Of a stretch of 64,000 nucleotides of DNA, positions 47,635-61,625 are shown piece by piece. Source of the DNA: Naegleria gruberi (Eukaryota); assembly GCA_000004985.1 (NCBI GenBank), contig GG738860.1; one strand, given 5' to 3'. How positions within the stretch are numbered: the first letter of the stretch is position 1; each line of letters starts with the position of its first letter. The notes beneath the pieces are model-generated. The model saw only the letters and a list, made by a program, of their open reading frames with translations, was not told the DNA's origin and did not search any database. Made by a program: the position numbers and the translations under genes.

Positions 47635-47993
47635 TTAGAATGAATTACTTCCTTTAAAAACTAGAACTGCAAGGTTTCCATTGAAATAAAGGTAAAGTAA
47701 GTTCTTTGCTTCATGAGTCACTGACACTCCGAATCCTTCTCCTATTATACAATGCCATGATTTACCATATTTCTTATCCATTTGGGTTTTAATTGCCTTA
47801 GCAGCATTTTCATAATTTTGGGGTGATTTTTCCAAAGCTGTTTCAATTGCTGTTGATACTGTTTCAACACAGTCTATCCTCATATCTTCCGGCATATCAC
47901 AATGCTTAGAAATTTATTTTGTATAACTTGATGATTTAAAAGACCTACCACTACGAGCGCTAAATTATTTGCTGGATTTCCTTCTTCTGCCAT
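47635..47993 (-). CDS. DYNLL: Dynein light chain LC8 (DYNLL family)
   Basis: complement(join(47635..47904,47949..47993)); 44-nt intron GTAGGT...TTCTAAG, phase 0. Product MAEEGNPANNLALVVHCDMPEDMRIDCVETVSTAIETALEKSPQNYENAAKAIKTQMDKKYGKSWHCIIGEGFGVSVTHEAKNLLYLYFNGNLAVLVFK matches the LC8 pattern ([44 protein letters not shown]). Exon 1 (15 codons) is less certain. Confidence 0.68.
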
Positions 47994-48121
47994 TTTTTTT
48001 GTAAATTTATCTGATAAAATTGGCGGGCGCTTGAACTGCAACTAACACTTGGGGTAGGTGGACCTAAAGAAATTACGCTGAAGGTGAAAATCTGTTATTT
48101 ATTAATTCTCTCATCAAAAAA

Positions 48122-49705
48122 ATGGACGATCAACCACTTGAAGAAGACCGTCTATCACAAACTAATGAACAAAAGGATAACAATTCTGCTGTTTCAAATG
48201 CAGAACAAGATAAGGGATCATTGTATGAGAGAGGAAAACAGTTTTTAACAATTAAGGAATCAAAGCTTAGCAAAGAGAGAGAAAGAAAAGTGAATCAAGG
48301 ATCATCAGAATGTACTTTCCAACCAAATATATCAAAGAAGAGTAAAAACATGACTCGGGAAGAGAGTTTGTACGAATATAACAACAAGTGGGTATGTACT
48401 ACATCGCATTTATTTTACTAAGATGTTCGTTAACAGAAATCTAAAGTTGATCATAACATTGAGGAACTAAGAGCAAAGCAATTGAAAAGAGAAGAAGAAC
48501 AAATCCATGCAAAACCATCACCATTATCTGTTGTTTCACAATTTATAATTCAAAAGAAACAGGAACAGAAGGAATATTCAGGTCCTATTACTGGTTGGGA
48601 GAAGAGATTTGATGAATATCGTCATAAGAATCAAATGTATTATGATGAAGAGTACAACTTTTCTCCAAGAATTAATGAGAAATCAACATTGTTGGCCAAC
48701 AAAAATAGATCCGATGCAGAATCAAATCCTTTTGAAAGACTTTATGGAGATTCAAAAAAGAAAAAGGATGAGGAATCCTCAAGTCCAAAAGACAAGAAAA
48801 AGTCGTCTGAATACGACGATGAAAGAAGGAGAGCTGAGGCAGAGTTTTATAAGAAGGCACTTGAAAGACATTTAGAGGCAGAAAAGAAGAAAGCAAAAAT
48901 GAAAGAAGATCAAGAAGATCAATACTCTTTTAAACCTGCTATTAACAAACATTCAAAGGATATAGCCAAACATTTGGAAAGACCACCACTTTATTCACCA
49001 AAGAAAGGTTCTTCACCATCTCAAACTATTTCCCTTGAGAATACCGTTACTACAAATACAAGTACTAATTCTAATACTACTAAGCCAGATAGTCCTTCTC
49101 CAAACAAAAAGAAGTTCGAAGTTGATAACTTTATTCAAAGAAGACTTACTAAGGAGAAACAAAGACAAGATAAGATTAATCAACTTAAACACGATATAAT
49201 AGAAGAGGAAATGAAAGAATGTACATTTAAGCCTTCGATCAATCAAAAGTCTGTGGAGCTTGCACACTTGTGGATTGAATCATTTGATAATGATTTGGAA
49301 GAATTATATGAATTTGACCCAAGATACAATCAATCTTCTCCTAAACCATTCTTGAAAAAGAATTCATCACCTGGTTTGTCATCTTCCAAGAAGGAAAAAA
49401 CAAAAGGAAGTCCAATTAGACAGAGCTTGAAATCAAGTTCTTCCAATATTATTGAGTCAATCATAGATGATGCTATGAAGAGTATTGAAATGGAAAGATC
49501 CCTGAAATCAACACCAAAGAGCTCAGTCGAGATGTCAAAAGAACCTACACTAAAAGAAATTGTAACACCAAGAATCTCAGAATCAAACAGAAAGAGATAC
49601 TCTCTATCTGATGATGAAGATGATGACTTTGTATCAATAGAAAATGAAATGAAATCGGCCATCCAAGAATTTGAAGAAGAATGGAGTAAATATGAAGGCT
49701 TGTAA
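48122..49705 (+). CDS. K/E-rich protein with three C-[TY]-F-[KQ]-P-x-I-N-x-K-S motifs (possible microtubule-associated TPX2-like repeats; tentative)
   Basis: Two exons join(48122..48391,48437..49705); 45-nt intron GTATGT...TAACAG, phase 0. Repeats ECTFQPNISKKSK, YSFKPAINKHSK, CTFKPSINQKS spaced about 100 aa apart. No catalytic motif. Confidence 0.55.
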
Positions 49706-49706
49706 A

Positions 49707-51966
49707 CTAACACATAAATGCTTTAATTTCTTTTGAAACTGTCGAAATTGCACTTTCTAAATCCGTTATCTTGGAAGACAAGTCAACCCAATGTAAATCA
49801 ACTCTTCCTTCGCTGTAACCAATTGCTACTCTGTCATTCTTATTCAGAGCTTTCATTAAATCTGGTTGGTGATGAACTAGCACACTTTGCACTTTCTCCT
49901 TTTGAGAAAGACAAATTAATCCTAATTTGCAGCTCACTCTATTAATCTTATCTTTGGATTGTGATTTTAAGGTCACCTTTTCACAGAATATTAACTTATC
50001 GTTTTGAATGAGATCGAATACCATTAGATCATCATCACTGGTTAAAACAAAGAATACAGATGGATGAACAGCACTCCACTTAATATCTACAATACTTGAG
50101 TTGGTGTAATGTTTAAAGTTAATGATTGGATCTTCGTATCCTTTCAGAAACAGAGCAAACATTCCATTTTCGTAACCAGCAAGAAAATATTGAGGTAAGA
50201 AAAATGAAAATTCCACACACGTAACTCTTGATGTAATATGATGAATATTGGACGAGTACCCATCCTTTCTTTTTACAATGTTGTATGGTTTTATATTGTC
50301 AATGAATCTTCCTCTTCTCAGTATATGTCCAAAATCTGTTCCAACCAATATCCTAAAAGATTAAGTTTCATTGTGTTCGAAATACTTACTGTGAAGAGTC
50401 GTCTGGATCAACCTCGAAACAAACAGCAGCTTCAATTGAGGGAATAAATTGTTCATGGTTGGTATTATCATTTGCGTTTGTAAATCCTTTAAGGATAGAG
50501 GCAGCTAAACTTGTTTCATTCTCCACCTTTTTCAAGTTTAGCTCTAATGTTGGCTCTCCGAATACGTTCATTCTTCCACTGTTTACAATTTTTACCTTTC
50601 CACCAATATTCAACCCAATCTCTGTATCAGAGACTCCACTATCAGGTCTTAGATTCCATCTTAATGTTGTTTTACTTACTGTTGAGAGAGGAATATCACA
50701 AGCCAATAAATTACATTACCAGCTTCATCCAGAGAAATAAAATAATCTCCCATACTTCTTATTTCGTTTGAATATATTGAGAGTTGAGAACTGATAGTTT
50801 TCACTTGGACTACAGAGCACAAGTGAGTTTCACTGAAGAGATTAGCTGTTGAAAAGGATGGAGTGAGGAATGACAATGGAGATTCTTCAATTATTCTTGT
50901 CTTTGGATTTTGATTTGAATCCCAAACAACTACAGATCCATCATTTGCACCAGCAATAATAATATTTGGTCTATCTGGAAGGCAACAAACGCTTGTCAAT
51001 TCACAACCATAAATTAAACAGCTTAAATAGGTGAAATTAAAATCGAATGATCTATCAAGTTAATACTTACAGGACTGGTGATTTTTCATTTAGAGTATCC
51101 CAGATACAAACCAATCCAGTTTCAATTTCTACATTTGAATAATTAGGTCCGTAACATACTATCATTTGGTTATCTTTTGAGAAAATAATTTCCTTAACCT
51201 CTCTTCCATTTGTCAGAGGATGGCCGAAAACAGAATAGCTACTACTAAACTTAAACATAGATTCTCTATTCTTTGTATCTGATTCTGTATTACTACTGGT
51301 GTTAGATTCTAGAATCCTGTCACAGACTGGATAGACAGCTTTCAAAAATCTTGACAATGACAGAGAATTAAATTTGAACTTGTCCATACTATTCTTTGGT
51401 GTACTCTTACTTGATATACCTAAATCTTCTGGTGCTTGGATCGCTTTTACTGACTGTGTTGGTGGTATTGTGTTACATCCCATTTCCTTCTTTTCATCCA
51501 ACGGAGGACATTGAACAGAAGTCTGCATAGATGTTCCTTTTCCAAATGATCTTTGATACATTTCAAAATCAGATAGTGGAGGTAAATCCATCACTTCAAA
51601 TGAAACATTATCCAATGTAATTAATTCCAATAGCTTTTGAGCTCTGTCCAACTTTTTTTGATTTTTTTCAAGTCTCTCCTTTTCTTCCTTTGAGAGAGTA
51701 GGTTTAATTTTGATAGCCTTTGTTGTGATTTCCTCTTGTCTAATTATCTTGATGAATTTCAATCCAAGTTTAAATCCTTACCTGGTGCTCGGAGTTGTAT
51801 TTACAATTTTATCATTTTGTATTTCAACCCTAGATTGAAATGTCTGAGGCACTATTGTTTTTGCAGGTGCACTATTGAACACTGGTTTTTGAGGTACTTC
51901 TTCCTCAAAGTCATCCTCGAAATCATCCTCGAAATCATCATCAAAATCGTCATCAAAGTCAGACAT
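49707..51966 (-). CDS. WD40 protein resembling dynein-2 intermediate chain WDR34/DYNC2I2 (tentative), six exons, acidic DFDDDF N-terminus
   Basis: complement(join(49707..50352,50390..50647,50680..51021,51071..51739,51782..51966)); the 50647/50680 junction (32-nt intron) is the least certain, all other introns 37-49 nt with GTAAG donors. Block IVCYGPNYSNVEIETGLVCIWDTLNEKSP parallels WDR34 [30 protein letters not shown]. Candidate LC8-binding TQT-like site GTSMQTSVQ. WD-type repeats follow (GSVVVWD, NVIYW). Confidence 0.6.
51906..51965. repeat. 12-nt tandem repeat x5 ((A/G)TCATC(C/A)TC(G/A)AA-like) encoding (DFDD/DFED)n on the minus strand
   Basis: aagtcatcctcg / aaatcatcctcg / aaatcatcatca / aaatcgtcatca / aagtcagac. 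Read directly from the sequence. Confidence 0.6.
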
Positions 51967-52079
51967 TTTTTTTGCTTATTTTTCCCTCCAAAATTGTAGT
52001 TTGCAGTTGAATAGGTTTTTAAACAACCGCAGCTCTTACATATAATTTTTATTACAAAACATTTTACACCTTTCCCTCT

Positions 52080-54409
52080 CTAATAATCATTTACTTTTTG
52101 AATTAAATTATTGGAATTCTTAACAAGATTTTTAAGATTCTCCATTTGATAGGCAGGCGCCTTTCCTAAATATTGTTGCTCAAGTTTGGATTGAACGGCC
52201 TTCTTGAGTGTTGAAAAGAATAATGGCTCATCAGCTAAAAAGTCATCCTTAGTTGCTCGCAGAGGATATTTAGAATCTGCTGTTGGTAGAACATCATCTG
52301 TTAATTCGCTATCTGAAGAATTACCTCCATTTTCATCATTTTCTGCCTTCTTCTTCAAATGTAAATATGTCTTGTTGGTAAGATTTTCAAATTTAGCTTC
52401 CTTCTCTTTACTTTTAGTGGCAGCTTCTTGTTCACCACCAGCCTCGGCAATTTTCATTAATACATTCGAATAAGATTCTTGGACAATACTCAAGAAAATG
52501 TTAACAATTGCACAAACTGTAAAATTGTTATCATATAAATTTTAAATTTCTGATAAACTTACTGAAAAGCAATAACTATTTATGTTATTAGCAATATTAT
52601 TCAATTAAATAAACTTACAAATATGACAGTATAAGCTCTTCCCAATATTTTGTAGAAAGTTCCATAAGCATACAATTTCTCGAATACAATTCTAAGGTTG
52701 TCACCTTGAAGGGCACTATATAATGTGACCATAGTGTTATCAATGTTTTTGAAATCTTACCAGTGTTAAATATTTGTTAAGTTTCAAACTTACAAGAAGA
52801 GTAAAATCCGAACCACATAACACCTGTGCAAACAAATGCCGCAAATATTGGAGCTATACTGAACAAATACTTCATAATTATTGGAATAGCTCTTGTAAAT
52901 GCTCTAATGACTAATATAATGTCAATCATTTGTTAATGTCGCTAATAACTTACCCAAGTAGAATTTTGCTTGATAATTAAAGTATTTTGTTAAATTTACA
53001 AGAGAAAGGAATGATCCAATGCCAAGAAATGTTTGAGAAGCTAATTCTGTACTCTCACCTGATTTGACAATCATTGTAATATATCCAATAATTAACATGA
53101 CATCTTTAAGGAAAGCAACATAAATCCAAATTCCTAGATAATCAGTAAATAGGTCATAAAATCTCATCAATTTGTTTGTTTTTTTTCTTTTCTGTAATGT
53201 GTTTAGAATTGTTACCAATATCTTGGGTACTTACAAAGAATACAGTTAATCTAGTAATTAATGATTTGTTGTAAAATATAAAAGAAATAAACGCAAAAAT
53301 ACACATCAAAATACCAATCCAACCTCTTGGTCTTTGGAAAATAGATGAATAATAAGCATCTTCATTTGCCACACAATTATCTTTTTGGAAAATTATTATT
53401 ATCATATCAGAAATTATCTACACAACTTACCATACTTGTAAGATAATCTCATTGGAACTCTGCCACCTCCATCAAAAACGAACTTAAAGAGAACAGTCCA
53501 TTTGTAGCAATTAGGAAATCCCTGAACTTTGGTATCAATACTTATCAGTTTGAAAAAGAGTTCCAAGTTTGTGATTCTGTCAACAAGATATTTAAGATCG
53601 TCTCCTGTCACGTTAAATAGAGAGCCAAGGGGTTCTGAATCTGTTAAATTCTCATTGATTTCGATGGTTTCATCAGAAAATAATGAGTGAACGTCTCTTC
53701 TTGCAATAAATCTCCAATCAATCATTGATGGATCGCTATCTCCATTAGTTTCATTTGCAATTAGTCGTCTAATATTTTCCTTATATAAGGTAGCTCTCAA
53801 TTTTACAAGATTTTGACTAGTAGGAACAAAAACACTAACAGAATTTTCCTGTATCGAATAGTATTTTGCTACAAGACTCTGAATATTCTTCTGCAGATCG
53901 TCCACATTATAAATGTAATAAGTGAAGAAACCTAACAAGAAATGTTAGAAATACTGAAATTCTCTCTACTCACCATCATCGTTATCCTTAATATTTTGAA
54001 ATCCACTATGAAATAATTAACTTGAAAATATGAATTATTCAACCTACTTTGGAAGGAAATAATTCGAAAAAGTATTACTCATATCTGATTTATATCCTTT
54101 AAATTCGGATGCATAAAAGATAATAAAAAGAATTACTAATGCAGCCTGGATAATATCTGTTACTAATTTTGTTGGAAATACTCTATACTTTAAAAACTTT
54201 TGTACAAGTGACAATTGAATCGCTTCTTCTTCATCATCGATTTTTTGTGGTAAAACTCTTTCTTTAAGAAAAGTATAGGAACGAGCCAACAGAGTTGGTG
54301 TTTGCAATTGCACTTGAGAGTTTGATGGCAAATTCAATTGATTAAAATCGTCATCGTCTCCCAACTGCACCGTGCTATTGGCAAGAAGAGATTGTCTCAA
54401 TCTTTGCAT
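52080..54409 (-). CDS. TRP-family cation channel of the mucolipin/polycystin-2 (TRPML/TRPP) type, about 9 exons
   Basis: Minus exons (ORF-track pieces 54044..54409, 53414..53938, 53154..53405, 52922..53218, 52080..52493 plus small exons in 52500..52900) are linked by 37-50-nt GTAAGT/GTAGGT introns. N-terminal cytosolic region, then S1 (LVTDIIQAALVILFIIFYASEF). Large S1-S2 ectodomain with N-glycosylation sites and CYKWTVLFKFVFDGGGRVPMRLSYK. S2-S5, then pore helix with TLYSALQGDNLRIVFEKLYAYG (compare TRPML ETLFALVNGDDMF). S6 VIFVCAIVNIFLSIVQESYSNVL. Exact internal exon boundaries not all resolved. Confidence 0.6.
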
Positions 54410-55883
<1,474 letters not shown>

Positions 55884-56138
55884 TCTAGTTGTGACCAAAA
55901 AATCATTTTTGAAGATTTACTAAACTCTCTGTACATAAATATTTAAAATTCTTTCTCAAGTTTAAAAGGATTCTTTTAATGCCATTATTCCAAAAATGCT
56001 TAATTGGTCGTTTACTTCTCACAAACTACATGTATCTTATTAAATAGTTAAAAACAACGATACGCTTATGATATTAATAATAATGACGAACAAACAATAG
56101 AATCCATTTGATTGAATTTGAATCTTAAAAAAAACAAA

Positions 56139-57952
56139 ATGCAATCGTCCTCTAACATACCTGTATTTGATGTTTTTAATCCAATAATACCTTCGAGTAT
56201 TAACATCTCCGAATTACCTTTCCACTCACAAGTACAATGGTCTCATAATTTAATTTACTCTTCCTCTCTGAATCAATCACTAAATTCATCAACTCCGTAC
56301 ACAAATTCTACATTAAATTCCAATGTTACTCTCATGCTCTTTTTAACATCCTTCTCGGCCACTGTTGAAGTTGTGATTGCATGTTCTATCGGTGCCATCA
56401 TGGTTTTTACAGGGATTTTAACACCCGATAGAGTACAATTTCTTAGTCAACTTATATTCAATGTTTTTAGTCCTACTTTTAATATGCATGCCTTATCTAG
56501 AGCTATTAGTGTTGATTCTATTTATTCATTGTGGATGCTTCCTATCATTAACCTTATTAACACTATCATTGGTAATCTTATTGGAAGAATTGTCTTTTTC
56601 AAAAGGTTTTGGAGAGGAACTTTATCAGAAGAACAACAATCAGTTCAATTTGTCACTCAAACTTTTAGTAATGGTGTTACAATTCCATTGGTATGTTTGA
56701 AATTTTGAAAATCTTTTATTTATCATTCATTAAGGTTTTTATGAGTGCAATTTGTAAAATCACAGCTGGAACTTTATTTAATATTGATGAGGATGAAGCA
56801 GTGCAATCTGCTATGGCTTTTATTAATGTTTACACATTGCCAAGTATCTTTTTGTTTTGGTCGTATGTTTATAATATTGTTTATTTATTGACATTTTCAA
56901 AAACTATTTAAGGTATGGTGTTGTGGCATTGACACCCCCAAAAGAAGAGGATGAAAAACCCAAGATTCAATCCAAAGTTTCAACACCTGAAGGAGAAGAG
57001 GAACAACATTTGGCATCTCTTGAAGAACATGAAGATCATTCAACAGAGCTCAAGGAGGATTTGAATGATAATTTACAAAGTGTAGATATTGAAGCTCCAA
57101 AGGAAAGTGATGATCATCTTTCGAGTGCAATTGAGGAAAGTCCTAGACCAACAACTTTCAAGGAAAAGCTTTTAAAAATCTGGAATGGAGATAGAGCAAA
57201 GAGATTCAAATTTATTTTGAAACAAACAATTAATGGACCAGTGATAGCTTTAACATTGGGAACAATTATTGGATTGATTCCACCTGTAAAACAATTTCTC
57301 ATTACAGATCCACCTCTGGTAGTTAGTGCATTTGTGCATACACTTTCATTATTTGCAAGGTAAGTTTCACAAGTAGTTAGTTGGCTTTGATAGATTAATG
57401 TAAATAGTGGAATTTTCCCTATTAGTATGATTATTCTTGGAGCTAATGTTGCAATGACATTACAAGTTTCCATCAAAGCTAGTGCTCAATCTGAGCAAGG
57501 ACTTAGTAGAACAGAGAAATTAAAAAAATTCCTCAATCCACTCTACACATTGAAATGGATCAGAAGAACTTTTATCAATTTCAATAATCCACTAGCATTA
57601 TTCATTTCAGTATTTATCAAATTGGGTATTATGCCATTGTTGGGAGTTGGAATCATTTACTTGGGAACTAATGTACTTCAAGTCATTCCACCAAATCCTG
57701 TATTGATTTTAACAATTCTTGTAGAATGGTCGTAAGTTTTTTTTTAATAGAGTAATGTTTAAATTTTACAAAATTTTCAGTGTACCAATGGCTATGGCTT
57801 CAACAACATTGAGTTCTATCAATAAGGACTTTGGACAAAGACAAATTTGTGAATTGTTATTGTTCAATTATATTTTGGCTCCATTTACATTATCTCTCTA
57901 TTGTTGGTGGTTCCTTAACTTGTGTTGCCAATTTACACAATGTATTCAATAA
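56139..57952 (+). CDS. Membrane transport protein of the auxin-efflux-carrier (AEC / Mem_trans) family, multi-exon
   Basis: ORF-track exon pieces 56139..56692, 56738..about 56850, about 56952..57359 and 57427..57732 are linked by short introns, with a further downstream exon ending at the 57952 stop. Two hydrophobic halves separated by an acidic loop (EDEKPKIQSKVSTPEGEEEQH...). AEC-like helices GPVIALTLGTIIGLIPPVKQFL and IMPLLGVGIIYLGTNVLQVIPPNPVLILTILVEWSVPMAMASTTL. One internal junction is ambiguous: no phase-compatible canonical donor found for a 56906 acceptor; a CCAA|GTATCT...AAAAG intron of about 100 nt is an alternative. Confidence 0.55.
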
Positions 57953-58112
57953 GCAGTATTACTCTAATTCCATATTAGTTAAAATTAAGTTAATAACACA
58001 AGAAAATTCCATATTTAATGATATTCTCTTTGAAAAATTATCTTTTCATCATGATGATTGTAAATTTATTGTTTAAATTGTGTACTGGTTTGTAAATGTC
58101 ATTTCGGAAGGA

Positions 58113-59698
58113 TCAACACTGATTGTTTGGTCTTGTTTCTTCAAAGAATTTCTCTCCAAAAACTTGGGTGAGACTTGGGAGCTTATTTTGCAATTGTATT
58201 TGTCCGTGTGATTTGGATTTTACAAACATAGGTCTCGAAATTGATGAATAAGGTGTTGGTGGTTGCTGTTGTGGAACTGGCATATGCATCTCTTGTTGTT
58301 GAGGAGAACTTGATAAACTTGAACTAACTAAGGATTGTACTGTTGACACACTTAGAACTTGCTCCTTCTTCTTTTGTATACCCTTAGCTGTTTGCTGAGC
58401 AACAGCGGTAAGTGATGAAGCCTTTTTTAGGGGTGGCCTAGAAAAAGAACTAGTTGTTCTTCTTAACATTCCACTACCTGAATTGTTGGAATCATTATCC
58501 AAATCAATAGCTGACATGTTTGCGACCAAATCACTCAAACTACTACTGCTGCTGCACGTGCTTAATGTACCAGTTTGGAAGTGATTACTCTCCGTATTCG
58601 TACAATTTGAAAATGTTATGGAGCTGTTGCTGTTTGCTTTAAGTAATTGAGGTCTTCTTAAGGAGGATAATGCTGGTTGAGGAGAAGATTGAAAACTTGT
58701 ATGTTGTTGTGTTGGTTGTTGTTGAATAGGTTGAGGAGTTGAGGAATAAACATCTCCCATACATACATCGGCTGATTCGCTCAATACTTGCTGGTTTGTT
58801 TGAGGAAGTTGAATCTGAGTGTTAATGTGAGACGATGAGCTCATGTTGTTAAAACCAGAGTTGTTCGGGTTGATGTTCATCGTATTTGTGTTGTTAAGAG
58901 GATTCATTTGGTTTGGTTGGTTCATAGAGGATTGCATTCCCCATGAGAATGAATTGCCTGTTGGATGATTATGGTGCTGTGGGTGGTGTTGAGAATTGAT
59001 CATTGAGGTATCCATGTTTGAATAATTATTGCTGATATTGTTGCTAGAAACATTCATAGAGAAGGATGGTTGTGTAGCAACTGAATGATTTTGAGTATAA
59101 TTATTAAGTGAAATATGATGATTCATGTTGTTTGTCCAAGTACTTTGATGAGTATTATTACTATTATGGGAGGATCCCATCATTAATTGGGATGATTGGT
59201 TAGTGAATAAATTATTGTTGGTTGGTATTACATTGTTATTTGTTTGATACATGTTTGCATAATTTGTTTGTCCAATGGTGTTATTATTATTGTTAGGACC
59301 ATTGAAGTTTGTGGAATTATTTGGAATATTGGAAGAGGATTGTTGTTGAGGAGTTCCAAAGTCACTATCATTAAAGTTATTGAAAACAAACTCCTTATTG
59401 TCTCTGATAAATTCTGAAACCTTTTCCTTATATTCATCTTCATTCATTTCAACATTACTGTCATTGGCTCCTTTTTGTATTATTGACTTGATTCTTCTAT
59501 AAGGCCATCTATTGATTCCGTATTGACGACAGAACTTCTTTAGGAGAGTTTGGCATATTCCTTCATTAAGGTTAAATAAGATTATGATGAAAGGAATGTT
59601 TAATAATTACCCATGTCGTCTGCAGCTCTTTGTAGAGGAAGATGAAATCGCTCTGATATCTCTTCGTAAGTTGGTTTCTTCTTTGGTGTTGGTGGCAT
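58113..59698 (-). CDS. RWP-RK domain transcription factor with long N/Q/S-rich (prion-like) C-terminal region
   Basis: complement(join(58113..59560,59611..59698)); 50-nt intron GTAATT...AATGAAG, phase 1. Domain FHLPLQRAADDMGICQTLLKKFCRQYGINRWPYRRIKS has the invariant RWPxRK signature and the preceding helix, as in plant NLP/RKD and Dictyostelium proteins. The remaining 430 aa are N/Q/S/T low complexity. Confidence 0.72.
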
Positions 59699-59797
59699 GC
59701 TTTTTTTTTCTAGTTGGTTAAGGTTTTGAACAGAGTTTTAGACTTTTGATACGGTAAAGATCTTTATTGTATATTATCAAATGTGATATATAAGATA

Positions 59798-61625
59798 TTA
59801 ATCCGATTTCAGCTTTTTGGTCTCGCTTGGTTCAGCATCTTCTAATTTTCTCTTCTTATCAGAGGATTCAGCAAGTGCTGATGTATCAACATTTGGTAAA
59901 ATAACTCCTTCTTCGTTTCCATCTACATTAGTGGTAAGTCTCCTCTTATTTTTAAGGAGAATGGTATGCATTTCTGCATCGTGATGTTCTTCGTGTGAAC
60001 AATTTTCCCCGTGTACATGGACGTGTGGGTCTTCTTCTTCATCTAACTCGATAGGATCTTCAAAATTCTTCCAACTCTCTTCCAAAGCCATTTCTTCATC
60101 TGTTAATAAACAAGAGTCCAACTTGGCCGAGATTTCCTTCTCAGAAATATCCATACCAATGAAAACTAGTTCTTGTCTTCTATCTCCCCACTTTTCATCC
60201 CAAACTTTTGCTAAACTATTATCATCTTTTGGCCAATCTTCCTTCGGTATACTAGCCCAGAATCTACCACCAGTTTCAATTCTTAGTGTGTCACCAGCTT
60301 GTGACCAAAGTCCATATATATCCATCTTAGTACAAAGCCAGAAGAATCCTTTACTTCTCAAAACACCATCAAGAGCTTCTTCATCTATTATTTGTTAATT
60401 TCGAATTTTGAAAGAATGATTATTACTTACTATGAATGAATTGATCTGAAAGACGTTTTGGATGGAAAGGTCTTCTTCTTCTATATGCAAAACTTGTAAT
60501 ACCGTATTGTACACTCTCTGGGACGTGATTACCTTGAAGTTCTTGCAACCATCCAGCAGATTGTTGAGCTTCATTGAAGTCGAATATGTTTGTATAGAAA
60601 ATGCAATCAAGAGGAACTTTTCCGAATTTTGTTTTGATAAGTTTTGCTTTAGGATTCAAGTGACGAATAGTTTGTTCCAACAATCCTAATTCATCGGATG
60701 TAACAAGATCTATTTTGTTCAAAATGATAACATTAGCAAATTCAATTTGATCCACCAACAAATCTACAACTTGTCTGTCATCATCCTCGTCATTTTGTAA
60801 GTTTTTATCTTTCAATGTCTTTCCACTTGTATAATCTAACAACCAGTTATAAGAATCAACAACAGTTACCATTGTATCCAAACGAGCAAGGTTTTTGAGG
60901 GTAACATTTTTCACTGGAGCGACTGATTCTGTTGTTGTTCCATTATTTTCCTCTTTTGATTTATGTGCTTGGTTCAGGAAGTCATCAACAGAAAACGTAA
61001 AAGTTTCAGCAACTGGGAGAGGTTCACTGATTCCACTATTCCGAAATATATCATCAACAAATTGTTATTAGACACTTACCTTGATTCAATTAATAGGTAA
61101 TCAAATTTCTTGTCGTTAGCCAATTTGGCAATTTCTTGTAACTAAAAATTTTAGTTTTTGAAACAATTATTGTCGTACTTACTAAATCATCTCTCAAGGT
61201 GCAACAAATACAACCATTAGCCATTTCTATTAATTTTTGTTCCTTTTTCTCATTCTTTTTGTTGTGATTTGTTAATCATCAACTTGTCGTTACAAAAAAC
61301 CTACCTTCAAGTGATTGATATGAACGAGCTTTGCATCAATGTTAATTTCACTCATGTCATTGACAATAACGGCTACTTTATATCCTTCTTGATTATTTAA
61401 AACATATTTCAACAATGTTGTTTTACCTGCTCCCAAAAATCCGGAAAGAACTGTAACAGGTAGTCTTTGATCATCACTAGCCACACCTTTTCTAGTAGGA
61501 AAAAGGCTTCCAACTATACTATTAATATTTGTTGAAGTACTTGATGATATTTGGCTATCCGCTGCGCCAGTGTTTGCATCAGCTGAACAAACGGTTGCCG
61601 ACGCATCAACAGTGGAGTTGCTCAT
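59798..61625 (-). CDS. ZNG1: CobW-domain GTPase (CBWD/ZNG1-like zinc metallochaperone), five exons
   Basis: Exons (minus): 61305..61625, 61183..61242, 61080..61141, 60427/60431..61035, 59798..about 60356. Introns 62, 41, 44 and about 69 nt. [11 protein letters not shown] (P-loop), [24 protein letters not shown] (CxCC metal motif), [27 protein letters not shown]-terminal CobW_C domain [30 protein letters not shown] plus His-rich segment [20 protein letters not shown]. The last donor/acceptor pair is ambiguous: GTAAGT vs GTAATA donor, three possible AG acceptors. Confidence 0.78.

Noticed and set aside
50647-50680. Alternative 19-nt intron (50661..50679) in the WDR34-like gene
   Set aside because: Below any plausible spliceosomal minimum. 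The 32-nt alternative (50648..50679) or a longer GTGATA-donor intron ending at 50610 are more plausible. Left flagged as uncertain in the feature.
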